A stretch of 64,000 nt of DNA from a virus, in the IMG/VR virus record IMGVR_UViG_3300021963_009201, positions 32,001 to 96,000 of that record. One strand, written 5' to 3'. Each line of letters starts with the position of its first letter. The first letter of the stretch is position 1. The position numbers and the translations under genes are program-made. Below, piece by piece: positions 1 through 9,700 of this stretch. The notes under the pieces are model-generated. The model was not told where the DNA came from, did not search any database, and saw nothing but the letters and a program-made list of their open reading frames with translations.

Positions 1-1
1 T

Positions 2-109
2 CCATCTGTAGAACTAGAGATATCCTTTGGTATTGAAGAAGAAGCGGAAAGCGTCCCATCTGAAGATTTAACTGCGCTAAAACTTCAACAAGCTTTATAC
101 GGCGGCTAA
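2..109 (+). CDS. 3' end of upstream gene (partial, acidic C-terminus ...EEEAESVPSEDLTALKLQQALYGG*); possibly a tail assembly chaperone
   Basis: Open frame from position 2 to TAA at 107-109; the stop overlaps the AAGGAG SD of the next gene. Function guessed only from its position upstream of the tape-measure-like gene. Confidence 0.5.
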   Translation, partial: PSVELEISFGIEEEAESVPSEDLTALKLQQALYGG

Positions 110-119
110 GGAGTAGCCC

Positions 120-3100
120 GTGATTAGAGATCAGGGCCCGATATACAACTTAGGATACGGTGTCAACAGTAGGAGCCTCCCAAGATGGGAGGGCTCTGAA
201 GAAGAACAACGTGGCGCCAACCCAAATTCGGGCGTAATCTCAAAGATGTTGAACAAAAACCCTGCCATGAAGTTTGTCGCGGCGAGTGCTGCGACAATGC
301 TTGTGGGAGCGGTCGCAACCAGTGTTGTTCGTGGTAGTGGTGTAAAATTATTCTCTAAATTAGAAGATATCAATAAGCCTTGGGCTTCACAGATGATATC
401 GGACATGAAGAGCGTCAGGGAGCAGTTGGACGCGTTCCAGGGCGTTACTAGGTCCTATGGCCAGGGTGATCCATTGCCTGGTCAGCTTTATGGTCGCAAG
501 ATCCTTGATAATGGATCAACAGCGATAGATACTGGCGAAGTTAATAAGACAAGTTCTTATTTTATAACAAGGGACGAAAGGTTAAAGGCCCTTCGAACCG
601 GCAGGACGCCACCTGCGGCCTGGAGCATGGCCGATGAGATACAATCGAGATTGGTTGCATCTGCGCGCAGAATGCCTTATGAACTTCCGGCATTTTATCT
701 AGCGCACAAGACTGTCGTCAACCCACTAATGGGTGGAGAGCAGGACCCAAAAAAGAAAGTTAACTGGTTTAATCCATTAGATGTGGTTTCTGACTTCTTT
801 GTCGAAAGCGCTAAGATGGCCACAACAATGATGTTGCCATTTGAGGCTGGAACTGCAGCTTCTAAGCAGGGTTGGCGCAGGTTTATGACTTACGGCGATG
901 ATCTCGCCCAGCCAACGGCATCTCAACAAACGTTTAGGACCGGCGTGCTTTCTATGAAGGCGCTACTCGGGCAGGTTGGTGCGGATGCTGTTGATGTAAC
1001 TAATAAAGTACTAAACTTTTCATCAAGGTCGACTGGCGCACTTTCGGCTGGCCTCAATGCTGCGGCTGGCACAGAAAAAGGCTTAGTACAGTACTTTCAT
1101 AGCATTAGGCATGGTACCACCGATTGGGCCCAGTTATCTGCCGTTCAGAAGGCCAAGAATCTTGTCACAAACGCTTCCCTTATGGATGCAGCACCCGGGC
1201 CATTCAAGGGCTTCACAACGGGATTAAGGGCCGCTGACCAAGAGTACAAGAAAATACTAGCCTCACAGGAAGCTTATAAGCAGTTTCTTTCACTTGGGCC
1301 TAGAGGCTTTGACAGTGTTGCCGGAAATCCGGTTACTGCTGCGAGAAAAAACTTTTTTGCTAAAAAATTAGAAACATTAGGAGTACTTCAAACCTCATCA
1401 AATCCGTATGGCTCCATGAAGGAAGCACTATCTGAGCATCTTTCTAAGACTAGCCATGGTATGCAGAGTACCGTGCGGGAGTGGGGGTTGTTTAAGCACG
1501 GTCGCCCCGCGCTAACACCTAGCGCAAATACCGGAATCAAGAACGGAACATTCTACAAGAATGCGATTGATGGTGAATATACGCGACTACTTAAGAGTAG
1601 ACTTATGCGTGGCCCTGGTGGTTTGGATCAAAAGTCTGCAGATGCGTTTGCTGCAAGCTTCAGGGTGGCAAGTCCGAAATCTGGGGCTGTAGATGACGCA
1701 TTAAGTTTGACACAAAGAATTAAACCTCACGGTAAGGGTGAACTTGGCGGAAATACTGAAGATGAATTTTTTGATAATCTTTTAAAACATCTGCGCAATA
1801 GATTACCGGAAGGCCAAGTAGGCCCATCGGCCAGGCAGTTAAAAGACGCTATTGCAAAAACTGATGCTACGTTTATGGATCAAGGCGTCCGCAAAATACT
1901 TGATGCAAAAGTCGGTGCACAGTTTAAGGCAATAGAGGACCAGATTCTGCCAAATATTGCCAAGGGTCAATTGAAGAGATTGCCTACTCCTTACGACTCC
2001 TTTAACCATTCGTACTTAAGTCCAGACGAAATTGCGTTTATGCAAAAAAACGTTGCAAGGTTGACAGGTTTAAACCTTGTCGCTCAGAATGGTCAACCAA
2101 TTTCGCATGATCTTGTAATTAGTCATCTCAGAAGTGCCAAGCTTGACCCTGAAAATATGTCAGTATTAAAGGGTATTCTTATAGATAAGAAGGTCATTAG
2201 CAAACCGTGGCAGCGGGATGGCAGAAATATATTTGGGCTTAAAAGACTTACTCTTGATAAGTCTGTAGAAAAAGGTATATTTAGAAATGGCCAATATGAT
2301 GAGTCTGATGCAAGAGACATAATCTCACGTATAGCTGCGGGAGACCCGCTTGCCGGTGCGGGGCAGTATGGTCTGCGCGGTGCCTGGGAGTCACAAACTG
2401 GGCAGGTACTTGACTTAAGCATTATTAAGCGTGGTATTACCAGGGCCGTAAATACGTTTGCTTCCGATTATCACATACCATTACTTAAGTTTAATCCGCT
2501 ACAAATGGCAAATTGGGTCGGTTCGCAAGAGATGCGGGATAAGGCTATGTTCCAGTTTATACCTGGGATGTCGAATCAGCCATTCTTGCGTGGGGCAAAA
2601 GAGACTGACGATTTTTACCTTTGGATGAAATCTGGACATAGGGGGTCTAAGGGTAAAGTATTCTCGATGTCGACCGGTAACGGTCAGCCGTTAATAAACG
2701 AACTTCAGGGGACATATAAGCCAAACTCAGCGACTAGGGGCGTAGTTGCAAAGCATGCTAGGTACGCTATAAAAGATGAGGGTTTCTCTCCAAACGGTAC
2801 TGGTCCAAATTCGACTATGGGAAGAATTAAAAAATTCTTTGATGTGTCAGAAGACGCCCAGGATTCGATATTTGGATATTTCTCTAGAGCTAGGAATAGA
2901 AGGTTTGATTTAAATAATAGGCAAACTTTCGCAAGACTATTGAGCGATGGGCAAATACCGGCGAAAGGCGGGGGAAGCTTAACACTTCAGCAAGCGATGC
3001 AGGACTCGGTGGCTTTCGAGGGCGCGGCAAAAGGCTTCATCGCAGAAATGGGTGCAGCTAATCTTTCTGACGATGTAGTAAATGCACTGAAAAACGCACG

Positions 3101-6100
3101 GACTGCTGCAGGTGAAGAATTCGCATTTACGAAAGCTTTGTCTTATGATGTAAGGGGGGGAGGTGCACAATTCCTTCCGGACGAGGTTGTATCCTTAACT
3201 TCGCTTAAGTCTTCAGGTCAACTAGAAGAATTTGGTCAGTTAATTTCTTCTGGCGACAAAGCATTGATGGGCTCATTAACTCAGGAGCAAAGACGCGTAC
3301 TCCAGTCCGCAAAGTCTGCGTACATAGATAGGTACTTAAAGAACGCCTATGGTCCCGGATACTGGGATAAAGTAGTAGGTAAAGGGACTAGCAGTAGGCT
3401 GGATGCGTATAAGAGGGATTTAGCCAAATACTTAACAGTTAGGCAAAATACCTTAAATAACCAAGAGTTTGGCGAACAACTCCCAGAGCTTTTGACTCAA
3501 ATACAAAGACTAAAAGGCACGGGTGCCTTTAATGCCTCACAAGCCACAGAGGCTAGGGCTGCACTCATGTCTATCCAGTATGACCTAACTGCTGCAAGCA
3601 CTTATGCTCGGAGTAACACGACCTACCAAAACCTTCGGGGCGCAATTGACAGGTTTGTTGCGGACGCACCAGTTTTGGGTACTCAAAGAGTTTTGCAAGA
3701 AATATCTTCAGGAAAACTTGGCACTTCGGGGGGCTTGCTTGGTAGGGTTCAGCCAATACTGCGTTCGCGGCTCGGCGCTTCTTCTTACGACTACGATGGA
3801 ATTGTTTTTAACCCATTTGCTAGTGATACTCTCCTTACCCCAACATTTTCTTCTACATTTTTACCATCACAAGGCGGCAATCCCTTTCGGGCATTAAAGA
3901 GCGTATCTGGAGTTAGTACTTATTCTGATCCGCAATCTTTTTCTGGCGCATCAGTTATACAGTCCCATTTAATTAGCCGCTTAAACAAACCATTTAGCGC
4001 TTTAGGGATAGGTGTAGACCCAACTGCCAATTATAAAGGCGCTTTAGACCTATACGCCCGTGGGCTTGTCGGCAAGAGGGTGTTGCCTATTGTTGCTGGT
4101 GGTACAGCCCTACTTACAGCTGATAGGACTATAGGCGGTTACGCAAATGGTAAGGACCAGTATGGGGATAGGGTTTATAGTCCGTTCTTCTTGGGTAAGG
4201 CGGCAGACGCGTATGTTGGTATGGGGTCTATTTTTGCGGGTATCACACCTGGCGGCGAAACTTCCGAAGATTATAAAAAGCGGATGGAGACTGGCGAGGT
4301 GCCAATCCGCGCTGGTCGCTGGTGGGCATTGGGAAATACCCCATTCAAAGGCGGAAGGATTCAGTATTATAGGCCGAACTGGTATAGGAGACTAAAGTCT
4401 GGATATACCTATACGGACCAAACATACGGCACTCCGATGGAGAGGGCTCTATACGGTTACGACTTCTCTCCGCTTCGTGCCATTGATCCGTACAGGTTCG
4501 AGCGTAAGCACTACTATGATCGCCCATATCCAGAAACTGGAGAATACTTTACTGGACCTTGGGGTCCGCTTACCTCCGCATTAAATATGACGGTGGGCAA
4601 AGTCTTAAAGCCTACCAAAATGATGCATGAGCAAGAAGTTGCTACTGGCTTAGCAAAATATGCACCAGTAGGTGATGCGGGCGCATACATACCACCAACC
4701 ACACAGTTTGCTTTAAATTCGGTTGGGTCTGGTTCCGGCTTTAGCTACGGTGGCACCACAATGGGTAGCACTACGGTTGGCGTAGGTGGGGCTAGAATAA
4801 CTGGATTTTCGTCAACAGTAAAAACCAATGCTCCAACAACTGGTTCAACGGGCGGCTCTGTGGGGTTGACTAGATCTTTCAACGCCCGACTCCAACAGGC
4901 GGGGCAATATTCACTATCTACAGGATCTGTTCAAGCAGCGCAAATGGTTGCAAACATAAACCAGCAATATGCGCAAGCAGCTTACTCCCCCGCTTATGGA
5001 ACCGTCAAACAAGAGGGGTTAATGGACCCAAGGATTATTGCAGGGGCACCACCCATTAGTCGCTCATCGCTGAAATTCCAGTCTTCTCAGCTAGCTTACG
5101 AAGCTCAAGAGTTGGCGGGTATTTATGGTTTTGCGTTCGGAGGTATACGTAGAGAATTAGGTCTTGGGACTCAAGATTACTCGCCAGATAGACCGGTCCT
5201 AGCGAGCGCGGGCAAAGCTTATGGGTCAACTAGGGCTTTCTGGGACCTTAATATAGGTGGTGTCGGAGATTTCCCTCTACCTATTGAAGGGAATATGTCT
5301 AACCTAGAGTTTTCGGAAATTGCACGAAGATTCATACCCAAAGAAAGAAAAGATGTTCAATACGTAAATCCTATTAAGAATGATATGGGAATTATGTATC
5401 CATGGTTGCCTGGAAGTGACTACTTTATAAATTTCAAAGAAGGCGATCCATACACCCACGTTCCTGAGGGCGAAATGCGGTTACCAGGTAAAGGTTATGA
5501 AAGATTTCATCGATTGAATTCTGACGCAACCGGTAAGTATGGCTTGGTTGACCAGTTTAAAGTCCTTGGTGATGTTGCACCATGGTCTCAAGAGTACCGG
5601 GAGCTTGATTCTGTTTTAGATAAAATGAATCTTGGTTCTAGGCAGCGCGAGATTATTCAGACTACTCGTGAACAAGTTGAAGCTAAAAAAGTAACCAATG
5701 AATTTACGCCGTATAAACACACTTACAATAATGACCCCACTGATAGCTTATTGAAAAATGTGGTAGGGCGGGTAAAAGAAAAAATTGAGCACTCGGATAC
5801 TTATTTTAATACGAAGTTCCTCCAAAAAAGGACAGCAGTAGAAGATTGGGAAAGAGATAACGTTTATGGCGCAACATTCCCGGAGTGGCAAAACCCGATA
5901 GACGATTTCTTGCAACCAATGATGAATAAGTCGACGCAGAGAGGACCGTTCCTTGCGGCAACAACGATGGGATTTGTTGGTTCGCTTTTTGGTAAAGGAC
6001 CTAAAGCTAAGGCTATTGGCGCATTTATTGGTGGTAGCGCAGGCTTTGCCGCAGGGTCCTATGGTAAAGCTTATGAAGCTATTACCGGTCGGCAGTTTAT

Positions 6101-6758
6101 GCCCGCAAGCCGTAAAAAAGAAATAGCCTTGGATGAATATACTGATATTTTGACATATGTTAAGAACATGCATTTGTCTGCTGCGGCCGAATCATCTGGG
6201 AATCAAGATTTAGCTGCGCAATTCATGAATGAAGCTAAACAAACAATGTATGGCGCAGATATATATCAAGGTAATCTTTCTCAGATAGCGCAAGCAATAC
6301 CAAAAAGGAAAAGGGAGCATTTTAAAGCAATGTTGGCTGCTCCTGTCGAAGAGCGTAAGCGAATACTTGATACTTCCGGAAGATTGGAACGCAGAATTTA
6401 TCAGGCCGCATGGGGAATGCCCGTAGAGAAGAGGCCAGACTTGGAAGAGTATTTCTCCGAAAGGGAACTACCTGAAGCTGGCTGGGAAGGATACAACCCT
6501 TCAACCTCCATGGATCAAATTAAAGTAAAGATTGGTCAAAGCATGGGTTTGGATTTATCAGAAATGGGTTACTATCCACAACAGATTAAGGAAGCTAATT
6601 TAGTTAATGCTTCCTACCCATCCTTCCGTTCCAACACCACAGGGACTGCTCAGAGGTTGCGTGAATTGATGAGAGCGCAAAATATTCAAGGGGATGTTAT
6701 TCCCGTGTTGACACCTTACGCCGGAGATCGGATTGAGTTACAGGCAGGGTTGAGGTAA
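120..6758 (+). CDS. Tape-measure-like / ejected virion protein (2212 aa)
   Basis: GTG start with AGGAG SD at 109-113. Very long, Gly/Ala-rich and largely helical-looking, with hydrophobic segments (LPIVAGGTALL; FLAATTMGFVGSLFG...IGAFIGGSAGFAAG). Heads the tail/baseplate operon. Confidence 0.6.
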   Translation: MIRDQGPIYNLGYGVNSRSLPRWEGSEEEQRGANPNSGVISKMLNKNPAMKFVAASAATMLVGAVATSVVRGSGVKLFSKLEDINKPWASQMISDMKSVREQLDAFQGVTRSYGQGDPLPGQLYGRKILDNGSTAIDTGEVNKTSSYFITRDERLKALRTGRTPPAAWSMADEIQSRLVASARRMPYELPAFYLAHKTVVNPLMGGEQDPKKKVNWFNPLDVVSDFFVESAKMATTMMLPFEAGTAASKQGWRRFMTYGDDLAQPTASQQTFRTGVLSMKALLGQVGADAVDVTNKVLNFSSRSTGALSAGLNAAAGTEKGLVQYFHSIRHGTTDWAQLSAVQKAKNLVTNASLMDAAPGPFKGFTTGLRAADQEYKKILASQEAYKQFLSLGPRGFDSVAGNPVTAARKNFFAKKLETLGVLQTSSNPYGSMKEALSEHLSKTSHGMQSTVREWGLFKHGRPALTPSANTGIKNGTFYKNAIDGEYTRLLKSRLMRGPGGLDQKSADAFAASFRVASPKSGAVDDALSLTQRIKPHGKGELGGNTEDEFFDNLLKHLRNRLPEGQVGPSARQLKDAIAKTDATFMDQGVRKILDAKVGAQFKAIEDQILPNIAKGQLKRLPTPYDSFNHSYLSPDEIAFMQKNVARLTGLNLVAQNGQPISHDLVISHLRSAKLDPENMSVLKGILIDKKVISKPWQRDGRNIFGLKRLTLDKSVEKGIFRNGQYDESDARDIISRIAAGDPLAGAGQYGLRGAWESQTGQVLDLSIIKRGITRAVNTFASDYHIPLLKFNPLQMANWVGSQEMRDKAMFQFIPGMSNQPFLRGAKETDDFYLWMKSGHRGSKGKVFSMSTGNGQPLINELQGTYKPNSATRGVVAKHARYAIKDEGFSPNGTGPNSTMGRIKKFFDVSEDAQDSIFGYFSRARNRRFDLNNRQTFARLLSDGQIPAKGGGSLTLQQAMQDSVAFEGAAKGFIAEMGAANLSDDVVNALKNARTAAGEEFAFTKALSYDVRGGGAQFLPDEVVSLTSLKSSGQLEEFGQLISSGDKALMGSLTQEQRRVLQSAKSAYIDRYLKNAYGPGYWDKVVGKGTSSRLDAYKRDLAKYLTVRQNTLNNQEFGEQLPELLTQIQRLKGTGAFNASQATEARAALMSIQYDLTAASTYARSNTTYQNLRGAIDRFVADAPVLGTQRVLQEISSGKLGTSGGLLGRVQPILRSRLGASSYDYDGIVFNPFASDTLLTPTFSSTFLPSQGGNPFRALKSVSGVSTYSDPQSFSGASVIQSHLISRLNKPFSALGIGVDPTANYKGALDLYARGLVGKRVLPIVAGGTALLTADRTIGGYANGKDQYGDRVYSPFFLGKAADAYVGMGSIFAGITPGGETSEDYKKRMETGEVPIRAGRWWALGNTPFKGGRIQYYRPNWYRRLKSGYTYTDQTYGTPMERALYGYDFSPLRAIDPYRFERKHYYDRPYPETGEYFTGPWGPLTSALNMTVGKVLKPTKMMHEQEVATGLAKYAPVGDAGAYIPPTTQFALNSVGSGSGFSYGGTTMGSTTVGVGGARITGFSSTVKTNAPTTGSTGGSVGLTRSFNARLQQAGQYSLSTGSVQAAQMVANINQQYAQAAYSPAYGTVKQEGLMDPRIIAGAPPISRSSLKFQSSQLAYEAQELAGIYGFAFGGIRRELGLGTQDYSPDRPVLASAGKAYGSTRAFWDLNIGGVGDFPLPIEGNMSNLEFSEIARRFIPKERKDVQYVNPIKNDMGIMYPWLPGSDYFINFKEGDPYTHVPEGEMRLPGKGYERFHRLNSDATGKYGLVDQFKVLGDVAPWSQEYRELDSVLDKMNLGSRQREIIQTTREQVEAKKVTNEFTPYKHTYNNDPTDSLLKNVVGRVKEKIEHSDTYFNTKFLQKRTAVEDWERDNVYGATFPEWQNPIDDFLQPMMNKSTQRGPFLAATTMGFVGSLFGKGPKAKAIGAFIGGSAGFAAGSYGKAYEAITGRQFMPASRKKEIALDEYTDILTYVKNMHLSAAAESSGNQDLAAQFMNEAKQTMYGADIYQGNLSQIAQAIPKRKREHFKAMLAAPVEERKRILDTSGRLERRIYQAAWGMPVEKRPDLEEYFSERELPEAGWEGYNPSTSMDQIKVKIGQSMGLDLSEMGYYPQQIKEANLVNASYPSFRSNTTGTAQRLRELMRAQNIQGDVIPVLTPYAGDRIELQAGLR

Positions 6759-9700
6759 TGGTAGATTATAGCGATTTTGACCCAAGGATTTTACGTCAGA
6801 CACTATCTAAGATTAGTCAAAAGTATCCAACTTTTCAGTTCGATTTTCAAAACAATGTACCAACTATTCGTGTTGGTTCTGAAACTTATAATACCCCAGC
6901 GGAAGCGCTTGAGTATATTAAAAAAATTAATTTAACCCAATATGACGTATTTGACTCAACAATACCAAGCTATCTTAAGTCGGGGCAAGGTGCAAATAAT
7001 TTCTTAATGCTAGAGGAGTTATCTGAAACACTTGGCGTGCGCATAGAGCGCTTAGGCATGAAGTCGGCAAGCGTTAAGCAGATTGAAGCTATTAATGAAG
7101 TCTTTTCTACCGGAATGGATAGAGAAGGGCTTTTCTACGCAAAGAACGATAATGTTACAGGTTTAATATTTCATCAAAATGGTAAAAAATTAAAATTAAA
7201 TGAAATCCTAGATTTACTAGAAAACAAAGGTATCCATTTTGATGTTAGCCAAAAAACTTTTAAGCGTTTACGATTCTTGGGTAATGATTATAAGTTTAGT
7301 GCTTCTGGCCTAGATTTAAACGCTTACTTTTTTGAAGCCGCAAAGACGCAACGTGGCATGGATTTAATGAACAAGGCTGGTTATACTTTTTCTGATGGCG
7401 GATACAAGGTAGCTTCAAGTAGGCGTATAGGAGATATGAGCAACCTTGTCGGGAACGTAAGTGCCGAGTATTCTGGTCTGCCATCTGAAATGTCTATCAA
7501 AACGCAAAAAAATGTCTTAAAAGCATATAAGGAGTTAAACCTTGGCGGTGCCTTAAACACTATTCAAGATATATCGTCCTTAAGCGATTCAGACGTAACT
7601 AGGTATATGCTTCAATTAAGTAGTGATGAGATATTAGAGTCAGGTAAGTACATTGATTCGCTAAATATGGTGAGGCGCGCATTCGACGGCGCAGTTTACG
7701 CTAGGTCAAGCTTGGCTGGCAAGGTTGCTGAGCAGGCTATGCAAAGAGCCGCAAAAATGACTCAAGATATGAGTGACGACATCAAATCGGGCCGTCTGAT
7801 AGAAGGTAGTGTTGAGCACAAGTCGGCACTAAGAAAAATTGCTGCAACAAAAAGAAGTGCCGCAGAACTTGACCCAATAGTGAAGCATGGTGGTGTCTTC
7901 AATGTGAGGATAATGGGCTTCAATGACGTAAGTGCGGAAGATGAATTTGTAAATGCGATTTTTGGAGAAAATGTATCAAAAAAAGGCTTCTCGGGCCAGG
8001 TTAAAGGTAATGTTTACTTTGAGCCAGATAAACAGTTTGAAGAAGCGCTTATGTCACAGATGAAGGGTTACAACCAAGATCTTGTTGAGTATAGGGGTAA
8101 GCTTTACTCGATGGACGAAATGATAGCTACCCATAAAAACCTTGGTTTAGGGACAGTTATTACGGACGCCGGTATGTCAGGTCGGAATAGAAAACTTGTA
8201 CTAGATGAAATAGAACGCAAAGGTGGGACGGTTCTAAGTCCACGCTCAATAGATGTTGTCACCTCTAAGGAGGCTAGAACAGTAGAGGTTGGTTTCAGGC
8301 AGGGTAGCGCAATGGCCAACAGGGGCGCAGCTCTATCGATGGAGGTGCAAGCTTCTGGCACTAAAGTTTTTTCTGAAGCCCAGTCATTTTTTGCCGATTT
8401 TGAACTTTATGATATGGACGCAATACGTAGAACTAACATGCAATACGTCCAAAAGCAAATTGATTATGTTAAGACTGATAAGATATTAGACGACTATGCA
8501 AGATTTAGGACTACAGGGGAAAGCTCCGGTATACTTCGGCAGCTAGTAGATCAAGCTGACGGCATCCCTGGCGAAGCTAGTACTGTTAGGGCACAACAGT
8601 TATTGGACATGCTTGATCAGGGTATAGCGCCGTCGAAAAATCCGCTTTTTGCACAAATGTATACAAGTGCGGTTAATGAGTTTAATCCTCGTAAAGATAT
8701 GTTCCATCTTCTAATGCCAAACGTTTACCAGGCGCAATTCACTAATGAGCTTGGAAGGTCGTCTCAGGTAACGCGTGGTAGTATTTCTTATAAGAAAAAT
8801 CTTGGTTTCATACTTAACGATTTAGATTATGATAAATATTACAATGCATTTGGCGGTCCTGACTTTGACGATTTGCTCAGATCTCATCTAAAATGGGATC
8901 GTGGATCAGATTCTTTAATTGCAATAATGAAAAGAACGCCAAGTGCCTTAGGTGAAATAGGTGTTTTTAGCGTAGATCAAAATGATCAATTAATGGATGA
9001 GGTACTCAAGAATGCTGCTGAAGTAGACGATGCGATAAAGGGTCACATCGATAGCGTAAAATTGCTTGATGCTAAAATAAATATTAAAAGCTCTTTACAA
9101 GCAAGCGCTAATTCGGCGACTGGTGTAACTGGCGCAAATGCAATGCAAAACTTAAAAAGTTTATCAGCAGTTTCTGACATTGTTGCTAGCCCAGAAGTTG
9201 ACGCGCAAAGACTCGCTTCAATTATGGATGAAATAGATACTTTGGGCAGCCCAACAGATGATTCACTTCGCTATATTAACGATGCAATTGATTCCTTGGG
9301 AATAGGTGGTCAAACAGTTGAGGACCTAGAAGCAGAAAAAGCATTGTTACGTGGTGGTACAAGAAAAGATATTTTAAGAGATTATTTCGAGCGAACACAT
9401 AGCGCTATGGAATCTTCTGAAATAAATAAGATAAGGAATAGGAGTTTAGCTTTATCTGATGAAGCTTTGCAGGGAATAGCTAAATATGGTTCTGTTGATG
9501 AGCTGCTGGCAAATAGAATGTCTAGAATGAGCAACCAATTGATCACCGGTATTGGTGATGATTTTGGTTCCTTAACAGATGAGTCGATTGAGGCTCTTAC
9601 TAAAAGTTTTGGTGTTCTTGGCGAATATTCGAATCTCCGTATGGTCTTAGACTCCATGAAGCGAGTAAGTGACGAATTAGGTAACGCGCCAAATTTCGGT

